From Prorocentrum cordatum (taxonomy: Eukaryota), in NCBI GenBank assembly GCA_963575745.1, contig CAUYUJ010000176.1, positions 62,001-117,196 on the forward strand: 55,196 nucleotides of DNA. The letters run 5' to 3'. A program made the position numbers and the translations under genes. This document shows, in pieces, positions 46,645-55,196 of this stretch. Every line of letters starts with the position of its first letter. Position 1 is the first letter of the stretch. The notes beneath the pieces were generated by a model that saw only the letters and a program-made list of their open reading frames with translations, did no database searches and was not told the origin of the DNA.

Positions 46645-47107
46645 CATCACCACCATCATCATCACCGTCATCATCATACTCACCACCATCATCATCACCA
46701 CCACCATCTCATCAGCATCACCATCACCATCACCACCACCGTCATCGTCGTCATCATCTTCACCACCGCCATCAGCATCAGCACCACCATCTCATCAGCA
46801 TCACCACCACCACCACCGTCATCGTTGTCATCATCACCATGATCACCACCACCATCATAATCATCCTCATCATCATCGGCAGCACCCCCATCATCAGCAA
46901 CAGCATCATCATCATAATCATCATCACCGCCATCACCATCATCATCACACTCATCATCACTTTCAGTATCATCATCAGCATCATCATGATCATCATCACA
47001 CGCACTCACACTCCGAACCACATACACACATATACCATTATCACCACCACCACCACCATCACTATCACCATCACCGTCACGATCATCACCATCATCATCA
47101 CCATCAC

Positions 47108-47148
<41 letters not shown>

Positions 47149-47150
47149 CT
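46645..47150. repeat. Degenerate (CAT)n/(CAC)n microsatellite
   Basis: Direct reading. Confidence 0.9.
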
Positions 47151-50100
47151 AGTACCCTCCACGCTCTGGGGCCTCGTCGGTGAGTGAATTGAGAGCAAGC
47201 CTCCATCTGGAGACCGCCTCCTATGTGGACCCACTTTTCATGCCGTTCATCTGAGGCGGTCATCGGAATCTTGTAGCCCTCGACACTCTTTGGCTCTTTG
47301 GGGCACGAACATCGAGGACGGCTCGAGCGGGAGCCTCGTCAAATGAGCGCTGTCTTGTAGGGCCCCACTTCGTGGTACTACTCCGACGCGTTTATCGAAA
47401 TCTTGCAGCCGTCATCACTCTTGAGATCTCGGGGCACGAATCTTGTCTCGAGCGAGAGCCTCGTCAAGGGGTGCTCTCCTGCAGGGCCCCCACGTCATGT
47501 CGATCATCCGAGGCGGTCGTCGGAATCTTATCACCGTCGACGCTCTTGGGCTCTTAGGGGAACGAAGCTTGAGGACGACTCGAGCGGGAGCGTCGTCTGT
47601 GAGAGCTCTCCCATAGGGCCCCCTTTTCGTCTTGTCCAAAGGGGTTCGCCCATGTTTGGAGTCTCTTTGGGGTCTCCTGGGGGCCTCTGGGGGGCCTTTC
47701 GGGGGCCTCTGGTCGATCTCAGAGGTCATAGGTTCCCCCTTTTGCCTCTCGTGCATCCATCTTTGGGGCCTATTGGGCCCTCTTGGGGGTCGTCTTGGGG
47801 CGCTCTTGGGTGCCTCTTTGGGCCGTCTTGGGCGCTTTTCAGGAAAACCGAGTGTGCTAAGATCCTTACGAAACACGCAACAACAACCACACTTACAACA
47901 GCACTAACAACAACCACAGCAGCAACACCAACAACAACAACAGCAACAGCAGCAGCAGCAGCAACAACGACAGCAACACCACCACCAACCAAGACAACAA
48001 ACACAGTACCAACGACAACAACATGTGTCTTAGATGTTCTGGCCTTTGGGTCTGGCCCCCGGGGGTTCCAAAACAGCCAGACATGCGCCCAAGAGGTCTC
48101 CAGGGCGGGGCCTGCAGACCACCTCTTAGGCCATGCTGGAAGTATGAGCTTCCAACCGCGCTCCCGGGGCTTCGTGGAAGGCTCCCGCGCAGCACCCCAG
48201 AAGTCACGCGGGAAGCTTCAGAACTCGGAGGCTCCCGGGCACCTCTGAAGTGTGCCGAGGGATCCACAGGACCTGAGGACAATCCGCTTGCGGATGATCG
48301 CCTTCCAACACCGTGCGAAGGTGCCTGCTGCCTTGGAGAAGGTCGGCCGGACCATTGATGCTGCTCTGCTCTGCTGCTCCTCCTCCTCCTCCTCCCCCTC
48401 CTCCCCCTCCCCCTCCTCCCCCTCCTCCCCCTCCCCCTCCTCCTCATCCTCCTCCTCCTCCTCCTCCTCCTCCTCCTCGTCCTCCTCCTCCTCCTCCTCC
48501 TCCTCCTCCTACCCCCCCATCCTCTCCTCCTCCTCCTCCTCCCCTCCCCTCCTCCCCCTCCTCCTCCCCCTCCTCCTCCTCCTCCTCCTCCCCCTCCTCC
48601 TCCTTCCGCCGCGGATGCAGCGCTGCCTCTCCCCATCTCGCCTCCCGGAGGCACCCAGCGCGATGGAGAAGAAGGCGGCCCTTCGCGCCAACCGCGAGGC
48701 CCCGCCAAGCCCGCGCGCCCTCTCCGGGGGGCCCGCCGCGCGCGGGCCGTCGTCTGCGTCTCCGTCGTCGTCGTCGTCGTCGTCGTCATCCTTGGCCTCC
48801 CTCCTCCTCCCCTGTCCTTCTTGTCCTCTTTCCTCCTCTCCTCCTCCCCTCCTCTCCCTCCTCCCTCCCTCTCCTCCTGTCCTCCCCTCCTCCTCCTCCT
48901 CCTCCTCCTCCTCCTCCTCCTCCTCCCCTTGTATTGTTTGCCTTCTCTTCCTCTCCTTCTGCTTTCTTTCAAGCAGGCTGCTCTGCAACTTTGGCAGTTC
49001 CTTGCCGAGATCCAGCTCTGTCTCCACCCGTTCTCCCTTCTTTTTCCCTGGAGCACCCAGAGACGCGTCGGTAGGGCGGGCCGGGCGGTTCGCTTGAGAC
49101 TTTGTCATCATGTATGATCATCAAGCTTAAAGTTTGAAGCAGCTCACGGATGGAGGGCGGGTGGTTCTCAAGATGTGGTTCTCGCCCTATCGCCGCGCAC
49201 GTTCGTCTTACAAGTATTGCAAGTGCTTCACGAATGCAGGGTGGTTGGCTTTCAAGATGTGGTTTTCGCGTTAGCGCCGCCCACATTCGTCTTAAACATT
49301 GGCAGGAGCTTCACGGATGGAGGCGGGCGTGTGGTTTTCAAAATGCGGCTCTCGCCTTAGCGCCGCGAACACTCGTCTTCAAAGTTTGCAAGTTCTTCAA
49401 AGATGGAGGGCGGGTTGTTTTTATCATGCGGCTATCGCCGTAGCGCTGCGCACAGTCGAATGCAAAGGCGCATTAACAGGATTTGTATGGATGACGTCAC
49501 AGGAATGTGTTCGGGCAGGATGTCGGGCTGTCAGGGCGGTGTTGAAGCCCCAGGAATGGAATCCTGTCACGATTCAGGATCGCTCGGATGATTCGCGGCG
49601 TTGAAGTCCCATGAATGGTGTTCTGGCACGGTGCAGGTTTTTAAGACGGTTGTCTTCCAACGGGGCATTCCCCTACAGTGAGTTTTTCTAGGTACCTAAG
49701 CGTAGGGCATTTAGAGGGAGGGTTGATTGCATCACCATTGAGTTTTAATTGGTCCTTCATGTCCTCCTCCTCTTCCTCTTTCTTCTCCTGCTCCTGCTCA
49801 CGCCAACCCTACGTGCCTCGTCTTTTGATCCTTCCCTCTCATCCAACTCGTGCCGTCGTGAGATGTAGCACCGACGACGGTCTGGCCCGCTCATCCAGAC
49901 AGGTGCTGCGCTGGAGCCCCGCCGCCATAAGTATGTACTTTGATTGTCCAGTTCTAGGCTCCCCGTCTCCATCTCCCCCTGACTCTCCCACCCACCGTTT
50001 CGGCAGGCCCAGGGCAGAGAGGAGCCAGGAACCGCTCCACGGCGTCCCGGAGCGCTCTCAGAGCGTTCCGGCGCGCTCTGGAACGGCGCGGCGCTCCGAT

Positions 50101-51244
50101 GTTGTTTCCGTTTTGGTCGCCTTCACCGCAGGGGAAGAGCAAAGCACCCGCGGCAACGACCCGCGGAGCTGGAGGGGGAGGTGGAATTTGGAGCAGTTTT
50201 GCCGTATGACCTCAGCACGGTTCATTGTTTGGTTGCCCGATTGTCGAACTTGTTGAGAGGTGGGATCGGCCCCCCTCGGCAAGTAGTTCTGTTTGATTCG
50301 AGGGTGCTGCGCCTCTCATGTGTTGAGCGTATTTATTACCCGACATGTTGTGTCACATGTTGCAGCAGCAGCACGTGGTGCCCCAAGGACCCAATGACCC
50401 GAGGAGGATTGTGTTCTCCTCCCCCTGCCTCAGATGATTTGTGTTTTTGTTCTGGCGCTCAGGCTCGCCCCGCTTAGCCCCCTCGCGCGGACACTTTTGC
50501 GGGCACCGTCACCGTCACCGTCCCCCCGCGTCAGGCGCGGAGCCACCGGGCATCACCGAGCGGGTTCCACTACTCGCAAAGTGCCTACTCGCAAACTTCC
50601 GAAAAAAACACACGTCTGGCTCGATGTAATTTATCGTAGATCCCCTGCGGCGGGTCGAGGACATTTGCGAGTAGTTATTTTGCGAGTAGTGAAACGCGCG
50701 GCGGGGGTCGGGGAGGCGTGCTTACCCCCGCGTGCCGTCCCCCCCTCCGGGCCCTGCCCGCCTCTCCTCGTGCCCGCCTGCCCGCTTGGGAGGCTTTGGT
50801 TGGGAGGAGGAGGAGGAGGAGGAGGAGGAGGAGGAGAAGGAGGAGAAGAGAGGAGGGGGATGAGTCAAAAGGAGCAGGAGGTGGAGGAGGAGGAGGAGGA
50901 GGAGGAGGAAGAGGAGGAGGGAGGGTACTCAGGGAGGAGGAGGAGGAGGAGGAGGAGGAGGAGGAGGAGGAGGAGGAGGAGGAGGAGGAGGAGGAGGAGG
51001 AGGAGGAGGGGGAGGGGAGGAGGAGGAGGCGGAGGAGGAGGAGGAGGAGGCGGAGGCGGAGGCGGAGGAGGAGGAGGAGGAGAGGGAGGGAGGAGGAGGA
51101 AGGAAGGGCAGGAAGAGCCGCGGGGCTGTGACCGCCCCGCCGCGAACACCGCCACACCAAAAGACCCGTGGGCCAACACAGCTGGAGTCAGCGGGGCCAG
51201 GACGAGGAGGGGAGCAGGAGGATGCGAATGAATGGGAGGATCCG

Positions 51245-52175
51245 TATGAAGAGGATGATGATGATACTGATGGTGGTGTTGATGAAGATTCTGATGATGA
51301 TGGTGGTGATAATGCTGATGGTGATAATGAATGGGGTGAGGTTGATGGTGATGATGACGGTGATGGTGGTGATCATGATGACAAGGATGATGACGATGAT
51401 GATGCTGATGATGAGGATGGTGGTAATGGTGACAGTGACGGTGATGGGAATGGTGATGGTGATGATGATCCTGATGATGGTGATCGTGATGATGCCGATG
51501 ACCATGTTGATGATGATGATGATGAGGATTGATACTGATTGATGATACTGATGATGATGCTGACGATGATCCTGATGATGGTGATGCAGTTGTTGCTGGT
51601 GCTGCTGCTGATGATGCTAATGATGGTAACGGTGATGATGATGCTGATGATAATGATGATGAGGATGAGGACGACGCTAATGATAGTGACGGTGGCGCTG
51701 GCCATGCTGGTCCTGATGGTGACGACGATGCCGATTATGCTGATGATGATGGTCATGATGATTATGTTGACGTGGATGATGATGATGATGGTGATGATGA
51801 TGATGATGATGATCATGCTGACGATGATGATGATGCGGACGATGATGCTGATGATGTTGATGGTGATGATGCTGACGATGATAATACGATAAGCCTGATT
51901 AGGATGATTATACTGCTGATGGTTATGATCATGCTACAGATGTTGATCATGCTGATGCTGATGATGATAATGATGATGATGCCGATGATCATGACGACGA
52001 CGATGACGACGATGATGACGACGACGACGATAATGATGACGGTTAATTTGATGGTGACGGTGATCATGCTGATATTGATGATGTTTGTGAGGGTGAGGGT
52101 GATGGTGATGGTGACGGTGATTGTGGTGGTGCCGCTGCTGCTGCTGCTGCTGCTGCTGCTGATGACCATGATACT
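51245..52175. repeat. Degenerate (GAT)n microsatellite
   Basis: Direct reading; yields poly-D/M/I ORFs. Confidence 0.9.
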
Positions 52176-52594
52176 GAGGGGGAGGAGGAGGAGGTAGGGA
52201 GGAGGAGGAGGAGGAGGAGGAGGAGGAGGAGGAGGAGGAGGACGAGGACGAGGATGAGGAGGAGGAGGGGGTGAAGGAAGAGGAGAGGAGGGGGAGGAGG
52301 AGGAGGAGGAGGAGGAGTTGGAGGAGGAGGAGGAGGAGGAGGAGGGGGAGGAGGAGCAGAAGGAAAAGGAGGAGGAGAGGAGGAGGAGGAGGAGGGGAGA
52401 GGAGGAGCGACGACCAGGAGGAGGAGGAGGAGGAGGAGGAGGAGGAGGAGGAGGAGGAGGAGAGGAGGACGAGGAGCGACGAGGAGCGACGAGGAGCGAC
52501 GAGGAGCGAGGAGGAGGAGAAGGAGGAGGAGGAGGAGGAGGAGCGACGAGGAGGATAAGGAGGTGGAGGAGGAGGAGAGGAAGCGGAGGAGGAG

Positions 52595-53471
52595 CATGGG
52601 GAGGCGCAGAAGGAGCGCGCGAGCAGCAGGTGCGGCGTCCGAGGACACGAACACCGACCGCCTCAGAAGACCATGTGATGGAGCGGCGGACTACATGGCT
52701 GGGTGCGGAGGAAGTTCCAAGCACCCTCCCCTCCGCGGGGGGCGCGGCATTATCGCCGAGCCTTCCGCCGCAGCAGCCGCGCCAGCGGCGGCAGCAGCAG
52801 GGACCGCAGGAGCCTCCCCAGCACCAGCACGAACAGGGAGGGCGACCGCGGCCGACGGCCGCCCGCCGTCAGTCCACGAGTCATCGGGCAGCTCCTCATC
52901 CTCCATGTCGTCGTGCCTCGCGTCTTCAAGGGCCGCCGCGTCAGCAGCAGCTTGAGCAGGCCGAGGGCCAGCTCCGGCTGCGTCAGCAGGCGCCGCCCCA
53001 CCCGCGTTTGGGATCGGGCCACCAGCCGCAGGCGCGCCGCCACGAGCCACGGCACGCACCTCCGCCAGGCGCACCCTGCGGCGCCGCCTCCGCGCCGCCT
53101 CCGCGCGGCCTTCGCCGCAGAAGCGGCAGGCCTCGCAGCGGGCGCCGGCAGCCCATCCCCACGTCCAGCTCCTCGACCCCCTCCAGGTCCCAAGCCGTCG
53201 TCGGGCTCGGCGCCCGCCGCCTCCGCAGCCGCCACACCCGGCATCGGCGCCAGCGCGAAGAGCGCGGCCGAGACGGCGGAGCGGGCGCCGGCCGTTGCCG
53301 TGCGGCGGGGGGGCGCCTTTTCCCACGGCTGCCCGCACCGCGGCCTCCAGGAGGGCCGCGTCGGCACCAGAGGTTGCCCCTCCAGGCCCCGCCACCCCGC
53401 AGCAGCGCCTCGCCGAGAGGGGGCGCGCGCGGGCGAGGCCGTGCAACCGCTTGAGCCAAAATGGCTACGGA
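52595..53471 (-). mobile_element. SL-headed short retro-insertion (element E3) in a (TCC)n tract, with frameshifted ORF
   Basis: Exact SL at the 5' end; LLEAAVRAAVGKGAP/RRTATAGARSAVSAALFAL, RRRRRRVRLA and DDSWTD motifs; GGA tracts on both sides; 3' end approximate. Confidence 0.72.
53450..53471 (-). other. Dinoflagellate spliced leader (exact 22-mer, minus strand)
   Basis: CTTGAGCCAAAATGGCTACGGA is the reverse complement of DinoSL. Confidence 0.97.
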
Positions 53472-54160
53472 GAAGGAGGAGCAGGAGGAGGAGGAGGAGG
53501 AGGAGGAGGAGCAGGAGGAGCAGTAGGAGGAGTCCAGCGCCACTCCCTCCATCGCACAGGCAGTCGTTGCAGGCACGCGCGAGCGCCCTCCGCCGGCCGC
53601 CAGGGCTTCGTGCCCGTACGGCCGCGCCACGAGGTGGGGGCGCTGCTGGGCGGCTGCGTCGCGACGGTGCCCCGCGGCGTGGAGGGCAGCATGGACGAGG
53701 AGGACGAGGAGGAAGAGGGGGGAGGAAGGGAGGACGGGTGGGAGGGAGGGAGGGAGGGAGGAGGGAGGAAGGGAGGGGAGGAGAGGGGAGGAGGAGGAGG
53801 AGGAGGAGGAGGAGGAGGAGGAGGACGGAGGAGGAGGAGGAGGAGGAGGAGGAGGAGGAGGAGGAGGAGGAGGAGGAGTTGGTCGAGGAGTAGACGGAGG
53901 GAGGAGGAGGAGGAGGAGGAGGAGGAGGAGGAGGAGAAGGAGGCCTCCCCGTCGTCCCGGCGTTGTGTCGTTCTCCCCTTCTCAACTGTACCAGTGCGCT
54001 TCTCAGCCGCCACCCCCCAGCGACGAAGGCCGCGGGGGGAGGTGAGGAGGGCTGGGCTGGGGTGTGCTACGCTCACGCTTCCAGCACCGATCACGGAGGA
54101 GGGGGGGGGCTGGCACCCGCCTCCTCTCTGGGCTGTTTCCCATGTTTCGGGGGCGGAAAA

Positions 54161-54325
54161 GAGGGGGGTGATGACTAGGGGGGGGTGGATATCATGGCGG
54201 GGGCCATGATATTTCCCAGATTTCATGGCGCCTCTTCGTGTTTCATTACGTCCCTGGCCCCCCCGCTGGGCCGCGCACATGCCGCCGGTCATGATTTGCA
54301 CCCCCCCTCTTGGACAACCCCCCGC
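54161..54325 (+). repeat. Dispersed repeat homologous to 21310-21620, lacking the family B MITE (empty site)
   Basis: AGGGGGGTGATGACT..GGTGGATATCA..CATGGCGCCTC..CATGCCGCCGG..CCTCTTGGAC shared. Confidence 0.8.
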
Positions 54326-54446
54326 CGCTCCCGAATGTTGTCCCTCCCTCTGCGCTGCTTCAGAAGTAGCCTCAGGAAGTCATCCAGATCCCCGTTTCGG
54401 CAACATGGTGAAACTGTTCGCACCAGGAAGCGTTATCCCGGCACCC

Positions 54447-54493
54447 TGATTATGATGATAATGATGGTGATGATGATGATGATGGTGATGATT

Positions 54494-54531
<38 letters not shown>

Positions 54532-54625
54532 CATGATGATGATGATGATCATGATGATCATGATGATCATGATACTGATCATGCTGATGATGAGGAAGAT
54601 GATGACGATGCTGATGATGATGCTG
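54447..54625. repeat. (GAT)n microsatellite
   Basis: Direct reading. Confidence 0.9.
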
Positions 54626-54831
54626 AGGAGGAGGAGGGCAGAGGAGGAATCTTCCCTCGCTTCCAAAGTGTGACTCTCTTTCGTTTCAAACATGTTGCAA
54701 TAGCTTTACGGATTGAGGGTGGGTTGTTTTCAAAAAGTGGTTCTCGCCTCAGCGCCGCGCACATTCGTTTTCAACACTTGGAAGAGTCTCACCGATTTGG
54801 GGCGGGTCGTTTTCAACACTTGAAAGATTTT

Positions 54832-55196
54832 CACTACTACTACAACTTCTTCTTCTTCTACTACTACTACGACTACTACTACTGCTACTACTATTGCTAC
54901 TACGATTACTACTGCTACTACTACTACTACTACGACTACTACTACTACTACTACTACTACTGCTACTGCTACTGCTACTACTACTACGACTACTACTACG
55001 ACTACGACTACGACTACAACTACTACGACTACGACTACGACTACAACTACGACTACGACTACTACTACTACTACTACTACTACTGCTACTACTACTACTA
55101 CTACGACTACTACTACTACTACTACTACACTTACTACTACTACTACTACTACTACTCCTCCTTTTCCTGCTGCTGCTGCTGTTGCTGCTACCACTA
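54832..55196. repeat. (CTA)n microsatellite (reverse complement of the GTA array)
   Basis: Direct reading. Confidence 0.95.

Noticed and set aside
51128..52197. Asp-rich or Met-rich proteins
   Set aside because: Degenerate (GAT)n microsatellite; several frames are open for compositional reasons.

Overview
Eukaryotic, GC-rich, repeat-dominated DNA, almost certainly from a dinoflagellate: the 22-nt dinoflagellate spliced leader (DinoSL, DCCGTAGCCATTTTGGCTCAAG) occurs exactly twice, once with one mismatch and once as a degenerate relic. No conventional host gene is recognisable, and most ORF-track entries are artefacts of triplet microsatellites (GTA, GGA/TCC, GAC, GAT) and GC-rich minisatellites. 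The main feature is a ~6.3-kb full-length non-LTR retrotransposon (27465-33741). It has a Zn-finger/coiled-coil ORF1 and an ORF2 with APE endonuclease, RT, zf-RVT, RNase H and C-terminal Zn modules, with one frameshift in RNase H. It starts precisely with a DinoSL and sits inside a (TCC)n tract. Three short RT-less elements (15043-16254, 38540-~39620, ~52595-53471) also start with an SL or SL relic and lie in (TCC)n tracts in the same polarity. Together they suggest a trans-spliced, microsatellite-targeting retroelement system with non-autonomous ORF-only partners (inference). The rest is a dense patchwork of MITE-like families, including a CT...AG family whose 4-bp TSD is shown by an empty site in the window, plus minisatellites and a 5-kb (GTA)n array with an internal ~1.8-1.9-kb duplication.
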